Below, one piece after another: positions 14,812 to 24,645 of a DNA stretch of 38,406 bases; positions within the stretch are counted from its first letter, which is position 1; each line of letters starts with the position of its first letter. A model generated the notes under the pieces. The model had not been told where the DNA came from. It searched no databases and saw only the letters and a program-made list of their open reading frames with translations. The stretch is from a virus (Duplodnaviria > Caudoviricetes), in IMG/VR virus record IMGVR_UViG_3300025296_000049, positions 1 through 38,406 of that record; one strand, written 5' to 3'. The position numbers and the translations under genes are program-made.

Positions 14812-15036
14812 ATGTCTAGGATAACCAGAAAGAAATCATCACTCAAATCCACGTTCGTCGCGTTCAGAATGACTGACGCAGAACTCAAGCGCGTAAACGA
14901 AATGGCAAAGCGCGTGGGCATGAGCCGCTCTCAATTCATATCCCGCTCTGTGGTGGATACCATGGATCGGGTTGAGGCCAAGAGAAGGCCCAAGCGCACG
15001 TTTATTGAGCTTTGCCGATACATTTTGGGGAAGTAA
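14812..15036 (+). CDS. Ribbon-helix-helix (CopG/Arc-like) regulator
   Basis: TFVAFRMTDAELKRVNEMAKRVGMSRSQFIS. Confidence 0.85.
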   Translation: MSRITRKKSSLKSTFVAFRMTDAELKRVNEMAKRVGMSRSQFISRSVVDTMDRVEAKRRPKRTFIELCRYILGK

Positions 15037-15271
15037 CTTTGCGGCACTTCAGGATAAGCTGAAGAGGCAGCGCACACCCGTCAATGGTGGGGTCTTCTCC
15101 TTCGCCCTCGTAGATGCTTGATGCGATCACGATATAATCCTTCTCAATCTTGATTAGCCGCCCAACCGTTACGCACTTTGCCGGTACGCACTTGGAGAGT
15201 TCCGAGTTTATAACCCCAACCACATCCACCCAGTGGCATTCCACTAAACTATGTTGCGGGGGGAATCTCAT
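15002..15271 (-). CDS. Conserved small beta-rich phage protein
   Basis: LVE..W.D...C.TVG.L......IVIASS...P pattern; ATGA coupling. Confidence 0.65.
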   Translation of the reverse strand: MRFPPQHSLVECHWVDVVGVINSELSKCVPAKCVTVGRLIKIEKDYIVIASSIYEGEGEDPTIDGCALPLQLILKCRKVTSPKCIGKAQ

Positions 15272-15552
15272 TCCAAAATCTTAAAATGGTTAGCGGGGTA
15301 AATCTTTACCGGCCCCTGTCTCCTAAATTTACGCATCTCCACCGTGCCGTCCTCCTTCATTTGGTAAACTTTTCTTCTCACGGTGGACAAGGACATATTT
15401 AATTTAGCCGCCAACTCGCTGATGGTATAAAAGCCTTCAGGCACAACATCTGTAGGCTCAACCACTGACTGTAGAGCTTTCGCCCAATCGGTTAAATCTC
15501 CTTCAGATTGGTGGGAAGAATCCACTTTCCGTTGGTTTTTTCGGCTTGCCAT
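15268..15552 (-). CDS. Winged HTH protein
   Basis: GFYTISELAAKLNMSLSTVRRKV. Confidence 0.7.
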   Translation of the reverse strand: MASRKNQRKVDSSHQSEGDLTDWAKALQSVVEPTDVVPEGFYTISELAAKLNMSLSTVRRKVYQMKEDGTVEMRKFRRQGPVKIYPANHFKILE

Positions 15553-16253
15553 ATTTTAAAGTTTTTCTTGCCCTTACCCACTATACCAAAGACCCAGCCA
15601 TTGCTCCAACGCATTGTGGCGGGGCGAAGTGAGGCGTATGTCAATTTAGGAATATCCGCGAGGCAACCATAGCTGTAACCCTTCGCTCCGCCGTGCCGCA
15701 CGGCTTGAACTGCCTCAATTCTGTGCAAATGCCCCATGACAACTGCTCCACCAGGATCAGCGTAAATCTCTGCGTGCTGTTTAACCGCCGCCATATTGGC
15801 CGTGTAGCCATGGACAAAGGCGACCGAGCCAATCCTATGCACTCCTTGATCGTAGTGGTACGGGTAGACCTTACATCCCATCTTCCTCAAATACTTCTCC
15901 AGCTTTTCAACCCCCTCTTGGCAATACTGGCGCACAATCCCGCTGGCTGCATTCTCGGCAGTGTTGTAGAGCCTAAATTCGTGGTTGCCGTTAAGAAAAA
16001 CCGTGGGGCGTAACCGCTCCAACATATTGTAGCCCTGCGTGAGATCGCTCACTAAAGAATCGTAATGCTCTGAATCCTGATTGCTTACTCCTTTGCGTAG
16101 GCTCCGCAAATCAAACATATCGCCAAGGCAAATGCGATGCTTCGGTTTTAATTCAGCGATGTGCTTCTCAAGGGCATCAATCGTGGAGCGACTGCACATA
16201 TCCCCGTGTGCGTCTCCAAAACAAACAAAACTTTCTGCTGTACTTCCTTTCAT
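15492..16253 (-). CDS. Calcineurin-like metallophosphoesterase
   Basis: GDAHG, LGDMFD, GNHE, VHG, GHLH. Confidence 0.9.
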   Translation of the reverse strand: MKGSTAESFVCFGDAHGDMCSRSTIDALEKHIAELKPKHRICLGDMFDLRSLRKGVSNQDSEHYDSLVSDLTQGYNMLERLRPTVFLNGNHEFRLYNTAENAASGIVRQYCQEGVEKLEKYLRKMGCKVYPYHYDQGVHRIGSVAFVHGYTANMAAVKQHAEIYADPGGAVVMGHLHRIEAVQAVRHGGAKGYSYGCLADIPKLTYASLRPATMRWSNGWVFGIVGKGKKNFKIWQAEKTNGKWILPTNLKEI

Positions 16254-16281
16254 GTGCCGCCCCCCAGCACGCCTCGTCGTT

Positions 16282-19200
16282 TTACTCTTCTTTGTTCAGT
16301 TGTGGAAACATACTCTTCATTAGCTCTGGAGGCAACAGTCCCTTCTTGCCAGCCTCTATCCTCTCAAGGTTCAGTATTCCCATCCACCTCATCGTTTCCG
16401 GTGTTGCGTATCTTTCCTCCACCATTTGCGTAATAAAATCAGCGCGAGCAACTGGAAGGTCGGCCAACATTGGCAACTGTTCTGCCATGTGCATTATTAA
16501 CCCGGCCCTTTGTTTGGCTGGATAATTGGACAAACTTTTTATATCCCACCCCGGAGTGCCGCGCAGTTGTTCCTTTTTGAGTTCTGCGAAAACTCTTTCA
16601 ACCATCTTAAAGTTTTTTATATTCTCCCTAGTGATGCCTCTCCCCCCAAGCCTGTACCTTGATTTCGCCTGTTCCATAATCCCCTCGTCAGACCACCCAG
16701 CTTTTCTGCCCAGAGCGATGTACTCCTTTGCATCTCTAATCCCAGCAAAAGCCTCTGAAGCCGCCCATTTCCCAGCCTCTCTCCTTTTCTTTTCCAACTC
16801 CTTGTCTTGTGGAAGGTATCCTGGGTTCAGGAACCTTGAACCCACAGTTCGCATCAACCATGAGTTGCGCCAATCATCACGCCCCACCACCTTCGGCTTG
16901 GGAACGAATTGAGTGAATAGCCCTCCTGTCAACGCATCTGATAAATGTTCCAGCTTTGCTGGTGAGCGCATCCAACTAGGGGCTTTGCCTCCAATGGGAA
17001 CACCTAATGCGTCAGAGTATTTGCCCCCCGTTTTCATGGAAATCTCATGGGCCAACCCCTCAAAGACAGGTCTGGTGCGGGGAGTAACTTGTAATTCTGG
17101 AAATCTCTCCACCGCTCCTCGCGGCAAGATTGGCCGATGTTGCCAAAGTTTTTTATTGAAATAAACTTCTGCCGGTGCGCGTAGCCACGGATTGAACCCA
17201 GCCAATGCACTCTCAAAACTTTCTTTAGGGGTGTCGCCCTCAATGTTTATGGGCGAAATCACTTCAGCCATATTTTTAAGGAAATCCGCGTATGATTCCG
17301 GGTCATCATCCTTCATCCGGTCAATTACAAACTCAACAGTATTGGAAAACAACTTTGCTGATTCGCGCTTTTGGACGGCTGTATGCTCCAGTATCTTCCC
17401 GCCTTCTGGATCATGCGGGTTTGTGATGTATTTATTCCCAAAGACTATCCAGTTATTTTTCTTCCAGTAATCGGGGATTTTAGCCAACTCATCAGCGTGT
17501 TTTTCCTTGTTATGAAGATGGTTAAATGCCGTAGCCATTCCCACGGTTGACCCCATTCTTCCCATGGCATAAAGCCATTTTTTGGTGTTGGTGACATTGC
17601 CGAGCCTTTCCAAATCCCTAACCTGACCTTGTATCCGTGCATTCAGGAAGAAGTAAAGAAGGTTGGCACGTTGCATTGAAAAGTTTGGCAAACCACTCCC
17701 CAACCTATTGAAATCTGGGGATCCGTGGAGCCTCCGTATCTCGGTAACGTCTTGAGGGTATTGCTTTCTCCACGCTTCCACATCCTTCATGCCCCTTTTC
17801 CGCATGGCACGCATGACGCCTTGAATCGCAAATGCCTCCTCAACAGTGTTGGCAAGTTCCCCTGCATTTTTTATGATGTTGAACGTGCCTTTCCCAAGAG
17901 GCTTGTAGCTAGTAATAGCCTCTGGGGTGAGCATGGCCTGGAGCGTATTACGCATCGTTCCGCTCTTGAGCGCATTCATAAAATGCTCATCGTACACGCC
18001 AAACTTTGCTTTCCCTCCAGACGCTAAACTTTTCGCAAATTCAATGCCGAAAACAATAGGGTCAAGAATCTTGTTGGCTTTCTGGAGCTTTGTCGCTGCC
18101 TTTGGGCCTCCCATATAAATCCCGAAATCAGACATGAGAGCGGCAGTGGGCGCGTCAGCCGAAAGAAGGTTGGCTATTTGGAACTTTGCATTATACAAAG
18201 TATAAAACCCCTTGGTAAAACCTGATAACTTGCCCAACCACCCGGTTAACATTTCATCCGCCTTCCCTCCTTGGAAGAATTTAATGGGATCGGCTATCTT
18301 TGATTCCACTTGATAATAGAGAGGCTTGCCCCTGTCCAATACCATTATCTTATCAAACCCCTTGGGAACCTTTGTTGACTCCTTGATTTTCTGTATGAAC
18401 ACCCCGTCCTTATCTACGTCAGCCAGTTTCTTGAACTTCAGCAGGAACTCATTCCTGTCTGCCATTTGTGAGGTTGTCCAAATAACTTCGTCCAAGGCCG
18501 ATACCATATCTTTCATCTTGGGGAGTTCGTCGCCCTTGATTCCCTTGATGCGCTTTAACTGCCATGGCTTGTCAGCGTATTCCAAGAGCCTGAACGGCGC
18601 GTAAAAATCGTTATCAGCTTTGATGATGTCATAACTCTCCTGTGAAATGCGCCCTGACTCCACTTGACGCCTCAATGCCGTGTCAGCGTGTTGTTGATAT
18701 TTCTCTCCAATCTCTTTCAGTTGGGAGAAGCGAACTGACCCCAGCTTTTCCTCTAAAGTTTTCAGTTGAGTTTGAGCCTCCTTGATTGTGAATTTGCCTA
18801 CCTCCTTGCCTGATCGTTGCCTTAATCCTGCAATCTTATTCTCAAGCTCCCCAATCTCGACTTTCCTTTTCTTTGTAGACCGCAGTCTCTTTAGTTTTTT
18901 AAGGAGGGTTGAGGTTTCCTTTATCTCCGCAGCAGTTCTTTCCGCTGACTGAAGGCGATCCACTGTGCGTTTCAGTAGCATATAGGTACTAAAGTCATCC
19001 CTCATCTCCTTCTGGAGACTTGGGAAGAATTGCCTTAATGGCCCAGCCAATCGGTGAATGGGCTTCATTACCTCCTGCCTGAATGGATGCACCGCAGCTT
19101 CCGCTCTACCAGGGGAACCAGCAAGTTGCTCTAGTTGCGCTGCCATATCCAGCTTCGGCAACTCTTTCTTGTAATAATCATAAATCGCCCGTTCACCCAC

Positions 19201-20229
19201 CTCAACTGGCCGCGCTCTGGCAAGCAGAATAGTGCGTAGGTCATCGCCCGAATCCTTTATGCGCTTAATGATGGAGGGCGGGGGCTTTTCTCCGATGGCT
19301 TCAAATACCGCATAGGTGTCGGCTAGGTTTTGCTCTTTCTGCGAGAGGAACTGTGGTAGCTTCTTGGCTTTGCCCATGGCCCCAATTCCACCTCCGAGGA
19401 CTGCGGGGAAGGTAGCGTGCCTAATTGTTTCGGTGGCTGAAAGGGGCTTCCCGGTTTCCAATATCTCTCTGGTTTGTGCTGCCGCAGCCCCGACAGACCC
19501 AACCTCTCCTGCTCCCCTTAAAACATTCTTGATTCGCGAGAGGGATGGCTTGAGAATGCGCCCCTGTGGCAAAAGACCCCACACTCCCGCCTCTCCCATT
19601 TCTGGGACGGTGGCTGGCTTCCCTGTAAGGAGAGGCTTTGAGAACATCGCACCACCGATGCCGCCTAATACGCCGCCTACTAATGGACGCCCAACTTTAG
19701 CCCCCTGCGTTGCCCCATAGATCATCCCAGCAATCGGCCCCATTTCAGCAGCACTTTCTCGCATTTCCCGAAATGGCTTTTTAACAACATCCTCTTGCCA
19801 CTCCGCTATTCTCTTCGGTTCAGCCCCCGCTCCCTCATACCGCAATGCTTTCCTAAACGCTGGCAAGTCTGGCTTCGCTTGCCCATAAACCACCTCACCT
19901 GTTTCTGACTTTGGTATGGGGGCTATGCCTCCTCTATACCTCAATTGGGAGCGCATTGTTCTTTTCTGCACTGAAGGATAGTCCTCCAAGGGAACCGTGG
20001 GTTCCTTGACATCTCCCGTCATTAATCCTTGCGCCTTTAATTGACCGGGGGTTTTATCCAGTAGTCTCTCAATCTCTTCGGCAGTTAACTTGCCGCCAGA
20101 GATTAGTGGTTGCTGAAAGGTGGGCGGTGGTTCCTTTAGGAGATCAGCCCAACTTGGCTTCTTATCATCCTTTTCTTTCGTGGGGAGTAAGTCGCTCCAA
20201 GTGGGTGGTGTATTTTGGGTTTCGGCCAT
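16282..20229 (-). CDS. Large internal virion/DNA ejection protein (possible LPD38-like C-terminal region)
   Basis: 1315 aa, helical, last of three genes following the tail genes. Confidence 0.65.
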   Translation of the reverse strand: MAETQNTPPTWSDLLPTKEKDDKKPSWADLLKEPPPTFQQPLISGGKLTAEEIERLLDKTPGQLKAQGLMTGDVKEPTVPLEDYPSVQKRTMRSQLRYRGGIAPIPKSETGEVVYGQAKPDLPAFRKALRYEGAGAEPKRIAEWQEDVVKKPFREMRESAAEMGPIAGMIYGATQGAKVGRPLVGGVLGGIGGAMFSKPLLTGKPATVPEMGEAGVWGLLPQGRILKPSLSRIKNVLRGAGEVGSVGAAAAQTREILETGKPLSATETIRHATFPAVLGGGIGAMGKAKKLPQFLSQKEQNLADTYAVFEAIGEKPPPSIIKRIKDSGDDLRTILLARARPVEVGERAIYDYYKKELPKLDMAAQLEQLAGSPGRAEAAVHPFRQEVMKPIHRLAGPLRQFFPSLQKEMRDDFSTYMLLKRTVDRLQSAERTAAEIKETSTLLKKLKRLRSTKKRKVEIGELENKIAGLRQRSGKEVGKFTIKEAQTQLKTLEEKLGSVRFSQLKEIGEKYQQHADTALRRQVESGRISQESYDIIKADNDFYAPFRLLEYADKPWQLKRIKGIKGDELPKMKDMVSALDEVIWTTSQMADRNEFLLKFKKLADVDKDGVFIQKIKESTKVPKGFDKIMVLDRGKPLYYQVESKIADPIKFFQGGKADEMLTGWLGKLSGFTKGFYTLYNAKFQIANLLSADAPTAALMSDFGIYMGGPKAATKLQKANKILDPIVFGIEFAKSLASGGKAKFGVYDEHFMNALKSGTMRNTLQAMLTPEAITSYKPLGKGTFNIIKNAGELANTVEEAFAIQGVMRAMRKRGMKDVEAWRKQYPQDVTEIRRLHGSPDFNRLGSGLPNFSMQRANLLYFFLNARIQGQVRDLERLGNVTNTKKWLYAMGRMGSTVGMATAFNHLHNKEKHADELAKIPDYWKKNNWIVFGNKYITNPHDPEGGKILEHTAVQKRESAKLFSNTVEFVIDRMKDDDPESYADFLKNMAEVISPINIEGDTPKESFESALAGFNPWLRAPAEVYFNKKLWQHRPILPRGAVERFPELQVTPRTRPVFEGLAHEISMKTGGKYSDALGVPIGGKAPSWMRSPAKLEHLSDALTGGLFTQFVPKPKVVGRDDWRNSWLMRTVGSRFLNPGYLPQDKELEKKRREAGKWAASEAFAGIRDAKEYIALGRKAGWSDEGIMEQAKSRYRLGGRGITRENIKNFKMVERVFAELKKEQLRGTPGWDIKSLSNYPAKQRAGLIMHMAEQLPMLADLPVARADFITQMVEERYATPETMRWMGILNLERIEAGKKGLLPPELMKSMFPQLNKEE

Positions 20230-21744
20230 TTACTTGGGTTGCTCTTCAAGGACATTGCCCGTCCTTATCCATGTCATTCCGTTCGCCTCAAATGGGACAC
20301 CTTCAGGGTTTGCCAAAAGAATCTTTTTAATTTCCGCATTCTTGGTTGGGTTATCATCAAAAACCGTTGTCTCAATGTTCACGGTTATGGCTTTTGGAAC
20401 CGGCCCTTCCCCGACCTTTGGCATAGCCTTGCCTGCTCCCGGCAGTGGGGGCAGGACTGGGGCCGGAATTGCCTTGTCTTTTTCAGGCAGTGGGGGCGCG
20501 ACTGGGGCCATATCAGGCTCAAAATCTGGGTCGGTTAACGTTCCCAGAATATTGGCTCTTTGCCTCCTCGCCCTCTCCATATTCTCCTTTGTCATATCTG
20601 CCCCAGCCAGAGGCTCAATAGCGACATCTGTTACCGCAAATGTAAGTGGGTGCCGTTTGTAAACAAACTTGTAAGGTAGTTTTGATGTGGATGTGGATGC
20701 GGCAGCTAGAGCTGCCCGAACAGCCTCATCAGGGGCATCCAGCGGCAGTGCAAGGTTCGCCCTCACTACTAAAGCTCGCTCTCTGAAGACTTTGCCTTCT
20801 CCGAGCTTGTCATTAGCAGCCGCCCTGTGCGCCTCAACTCGCGCAACAAGTTTTGGCAACTGTGCCGTCACATCTTCAGGTCGCGACACTAGCCGCCCGT
20901 CAGGAGCCACAATGTTTATTCTTCCTAGAGCATCCCTCTCAAGTGGAAAATCTTCCGCCTCTTTGGGTGCGTATTCTTTTAGCTCATCCCTGTGCGCTTC
21001 AAAGCTTGAAACATCTAGGGCTAACTTTCTCCACATCGGCACTTGTGATCCCAACTCCTTTTTCCAGTTTGGAGAGCCTTCTTTGTATGCTTTAAATTGC
21101 TCTTCCCCCATCAAATTATTGGCTATCCTTTCAACTTCAGGAAGTGCCTTCTCTATTTCATGCTCGTGGACAGCGGCGAGTTTACCTTTTTGCGCACTCA
21201 CCACATCAGCGGCTTGCTGCAACCTTTCTCCTTTTTTGGCAGCAGCAATTTTGGAGGCAAGAGATATTTCACCTTTCTCCTCTGAAAGAGCTTGCCTGAT
21301 GCTTTCCATCATATCTGGGCTACCCTCAAATGGATGTGGGTAGCCGTCTTGCTCCGGCCATTCTTGATTGGCAATGGACAGTGCGCCAGGTTTCCCCATT
21401 GCTGGCCCACCAAGTAAGGGAGGGGGTTGGGGTTGAACCTTCTCTCTGATTTCTCTATCCAAGGATTGAATTATCGCTTCGGCTTCCTGTGCCTTTGCTG
21501 CGTTACCAGCAGCAAGAGCATCAGCGCGGTCTTGCAGGGCTTGTTCGCGTTGGATTCGCAGTTGAGCATCCTCCCTGCGCCACAACTTCATGCGCTCTTC
21601 AACTTGCCGTTTCCACTGCTTATCGCGTAATTCATCGGCATACTTCCGGTCTTCCGCACGCTCCTCGGCACGAATACGCCTCTCCCTCGCGCTCTCGTAA
21701 GCTGGCGCGAATCCCTTTGCTACTCCTCCCCAAAAATCAGCCAT
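20230..21744 (-). CDS. Internal virion/ejection protein
   Basis: 504 aa; MADFWGGVAKGF N-terminus, coiled coil, synteny. Confidence 0.6.
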   Translation of the reverse strand: MADFWGGVAKGFAPAYESARERRIRAEERAEDRKYADELRDKQWKRQVEERMKLWRREDAQLRIQREQALQDRADALAAGNAAKAQEAEAIIQSLDREIREKVQPQPPPLLGGPAMGKPGALSIANQEWPEQDGYPHPFEGSPDMMESIRQALSEEKGEISLASKIAAAKKGERLQQAADVVSAQKGKLAAVHEHEIEKALPEVERIANNLMGEEQFKAYKEGSPNWKKELGSQVPMWRKLALDVSSFEAHRDELKEYAPKEAEDFPLERDALGRINIVAPDGRLVSRPEDVTAQLPKLVARVEAHRAAANDKLGEGKVFRERALVVRANLALPLDAPDEAVRAALAAASTSTSKLPYKFVYKRHPLTFAVTDVAIEPLAGADMTKENMERARRQRANILGTLTDPDFEPDMAPVAPPLPEKDKAIPAPVLPPLPGAGKAMPKVGEGPVPKAITVNIETTVFDDNPTKNAEIKKILLANPEGVPFEANGMTWIRTGNVLEEQPK

Positions 21745-21750
21745 AAATCA

Positions 21751-24231
21751 TTATCCTCCAAAGAGTTTGTTAATCTTACCAGCACCAGCAGCAGTACCAG
21801 CCCAACCGCCAGCTACAGTTCCTAAAAGCTGACCAAACCCACTGGGTTGCCCAGCTATCTGTGCTTGTTGACCCCACATCCCTGCCTGTGTGCCAAACTG
21901 TTGTTGCGCGAGATTCTGCTGTCCCTGCAACAGTCCCATCGCATTGGTGGGCTGATATTGCAGCGGCATAAAGTTGGCTTGCGCTGCCTGTTGCGCTCCC
22001 GGCAACATTCCAAATTGACTGGCAACCGGAGCTAATCCAGAGAAGCTCTGAAGGTTAGCCATCTGCTGCTGCTTCATCTGCTCCTGCGTACCAGCTTTCT
22101 GCATCGCGCTCGTAAAGGATTGCTGTGCAGCTTGGTTGCGCTGTGCCATTGCCTGTTGTTGCGCTGCCAAATCCTGCTGTGCAGCCACGTTACGCTGCTG
22201 TACACCCTGCATATCCAACCCGTATTGTGCCTGTCTGGTTCCTGCCTGTTGACCAAGAGCGGAAAGCAAGCCCTGATACTCGGCTTCCTCCGCTTGATTG
22301 CGTTGAGCTAATGCGCCCAGCTCATCCTGCCGCTCTCGCATACGCTGCATGGTGTTGGCTTCAAGCCGTTGACCGCCCATGCCAAATTGGCCTGTCCTCG
22401 CTTGGTTCATCTGCGAAACAATCTGGCCGAGGTTCGCGAACTCCTGCTGCTCGGCTCCGGTACGCTGGGCTATTGCGGAGAGTTGATCTGTGCGTTCTCG
22501 TAAAGCTGCCTCATTGTCAAATCCTGCCGCCTGAATATCCAACTGGAAGCCTCTCTCCATTGCAGTGTTCTGCTGCTCCAACTGTGAAAGAAGGTTCTGG
22601 TATTCCGCTTGCTCGGCTGATGTACGCTGACCCAGTGCGCCAAGTTGATCGGCTCTCTCCTGCAAGTCAGCTTCACGGTCTGCTCCGAGCCTTTGCATTC
22701 CCATGCCGAACTCGCCCGTTTCAGCACCAGTACGCTGTTGGATTCCCAACAACCTGTTCTGTAAATTCTGCTGTGCCACTCGCGCCTGATAGTCACCAGC
22801 CGTCTGACCTGATTGCAGGAATCCCATGAGGTCGCCCATTGCTGCACGTTGAGCGGCATCTTCGGCTTCCTGTACCTGTGCCGCTTCTTCAATCACAGCT
22901 CCACCACCAAAGATGTTTCCAAGTCCGGCAGCTCTGCCCCTTGCAAGTCTCCTCGCTCTCTCGCCCATGAGTTGCGCTGTCCTGCCTGACTGCGCTCTAT
23001 CCAAGAATTGTCTCTCGGCAAACTGCCGTCCTGCTAGGGATTCAGGGTCAATGGGGATTTCGGGTATGTCCTCTGCTGCCAACCTCTCAAGTGTTGGTGC
23101 AGCTTCCGCCCTCTCCAGTGCCTCCATCTCGGCAGCTCTCTCAAATTCCGGCCCTGCCCCTACCTGACCAAATTCAGGTGCAGCTTCCGCCCTGCGTAGA
23201 GCGTCCATCTCTCCCGCTCGCTCCAACCCCGGAGCCTCTCCCCGCGACAACTCCTCTAGCGTAGGCTCTGCGCCTAGTCTTCCTAAATCTCCGAATGCTC
23301 CTGCCCGTTCGTATTCCGGCACATCGCCCAGTCCAACTTCAGGCAGAGTCGGGGCAAGCCCAACTGTTTCCAGCAACTCTGGGCCAGCCATCCTCTCAAG
23401 TTCAGGTAACTCTGGAAGCTCTCCGGGTTTGTATTCCTGCGCCAACTTGCCCAGCATCTCACGCGCATCATGCCCTGTGGGGTCAGAGCGAATCATTAAC
23501 TCTCTCGCACGGTCAACGTACTGTGCGCCATACTCCTTCTCCATTTGCAGCATGAAATCTGCAACTTCAGTGGAGGTTTCCTTCTCAAATTCCCAACGCT
23601 TGAGTGCGCGATCCAAGTCACCTACGCCTGTGAAATCAACATCAACAGCTTCATCACGATCCACCGTGGTGCGGGTGGTCGTTCCATCGGGTTTCCTGAC
23701 AACCTTTGAGTAAGTGTTGGCTTTTAGTGGAGGGCCAGTTGGAGACTCATATCCCGCTAGAGTCCTAACGCTCTGGGTCATGGATCGCGAGCCACTAAAA
23801 ACCGAATCATATTTATGACCTGTTTGTTCTCTTATTGCTGGATCAAGTTCACTCCAGTGCGTGCCTGACGGGAATTCCTTATTACCTATCTTAACCCCTT
23901 GCGTTAAATTACCGGAGTCATCAAAATCAACTGTTCTCCCTGTTCCGTCACGGTATCTACGGTCTGCTCTGTCAACAACAATTGATGCTGGGCCTCTTAC
24001 TTGTATCTCTTCATCTGAATAAACAGGCTCATATCCTGTCGGAATTTCTGTCTTGGTCTTCTCGTAGCGCGTGGTGGTTCCGTCATCCGCAACCTCGTGA
24101 AGCAACATCTCCTCGCCAAACTCCATGGCACGCTGGAGTCTTGCCATATGTTCTGCGGTTTCGGCAGTTGCCTCTGCAATCTCCTGCTGACTGGGCGGTG
24201 TCGGTGGGGTTGGTACGCTCGGTTTTCCCAT
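21751..24231 (-). CDS. Gln/Ala-rich internal virion (pilot/ejection) protein
   Basis: 826 aa; MGKPSVPTPP start, helical repeats, Gly-rich hydrophobic C-terminus. Confidence 0.65.
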   Translation of the reverse strand: MGKPSVPTPPTPPSQQEIAEATAETAEHMARLQRAMEFGEEMLLHEVADDGTTTRYEKTKTEIPTGYEPVYSDEEIQVRGPASIVVDRADRRYRDGTGRTVDFDDSGNLTQGVKIGNKEFPSGTHWSELDPAIREQTGHKYDSVFSGSRSMTQSVRTLAGYESPTGPPLKANTYSKVVRKPDGTTTRTTVDRDEAVDVDFTGVGDLDRALKRWEFEKETSTEVADFMLQMEKEYGAQYVDRARELMIRSDPTGHDAREMLGKLAQEYKPGELPELPELERMAGPELLETVGLAPTLPEVGLGDVPEYERAGAFGDLGRLGAEPTLEELSRGEAPGLERAGEMDALRRAEAAPEFGQVGAGPEFERAAEMEALERAEAAPTLERLAAEDIPEIPIDPESLAGRQFAERQFLDRAQSGRTAQLMGERARRLARGRAAGLGNIFGGGAVIEEAAQVQEAEDAAQRAAMGDLMGFLQSGQTAGDYQARVAQQNLQNRLLGIQQRTGAETGEFGMGMQRLGADREADLQERADQLGALGQRTSAEQAEYQNLLSQLEQQNTAMERGFQLDIQAAGFDNEAALRERTDQLSAIAQRTGAEQQEFANLGQIVSQMNQARTGQFGMGGQRLEANTMQRMRERQDELGALAQRNQAEEAEYQGLLSALGQQAGTRQAQYGLDMQGVQQRNVAAQQDLAAQQQAMAQRNQAAQQSFTSAMQKAGTQEQMKQQQMANLQSFSGLAPVASQFGMLPGAQQAAQANFMPLQYQPTNAMGLLQGQQNLAQQQFGTQAGMWGQQAQIAGQPSGFGQLLGTVAGGWAGTAAGAGKINKLFGG

Positions 24232-24234
24232 GAT

Positions 24235-24645
24235 CTATTCCTTAATTAAATGTCGCCGCGCACGCTCCATAGGTACGCACACAATCTTGCTGTCATGCTT
24301 GGGTCGTACCCAAGCGATTAAATTGCAATCCTTCCCGATCTTGTTCCACATTTCCGTATACATTTCCTTCATCACATCCGGTCGAGTCGCCACGGTAGCG
24401 TCCACATAACAAATCTTTCCGCCTGTATCGCAGTAGTCCTTTCGGCAATCCGCTTCACTGTCAACATAGCGTAACACTGCCGCGCCTACCAGCTCACCGT
24501 TACGAACTGAAACCAAGTATCTACCCTTGATAACAAACCACTTCACCCAATCCAACAATCTTTGCTGCGGCCAATCCTTGCAATGATCCAGACGCCGCCT
24601 GAACAGTTCCGCAATCCAAATTGACATGGCATCCACGTTGTTCAT
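24235..24645 (-). CDS. GNAT-fold-like morphogenesis protein
   Basis: NGELVGAAV...CYVD pattern; lies between nozzle and ejection genes, as for T7 gp13/P22 gp14. Confidence 0.45.
   Translation of the reverse strand: MNNVDAMSIWIAELFRRRLDHCKDWPQQRLLDWVKWFVIKGRYLVSVRNGELVGAAVLRYVDSEADCRKDYCDTGGKICYVDATVATRPDVMKEMYTEMWNKIGKDCNLIAWVRPKHDSKIVCVPMERARRHLIKE

Noticed and set aside
16526-23713. Long + strand ORFs antisense to virion genes (e.g. 20687..21343, 22125..22829)
   Set aside because: Shadow ORFs with no motifs, opposite well-supported genes.
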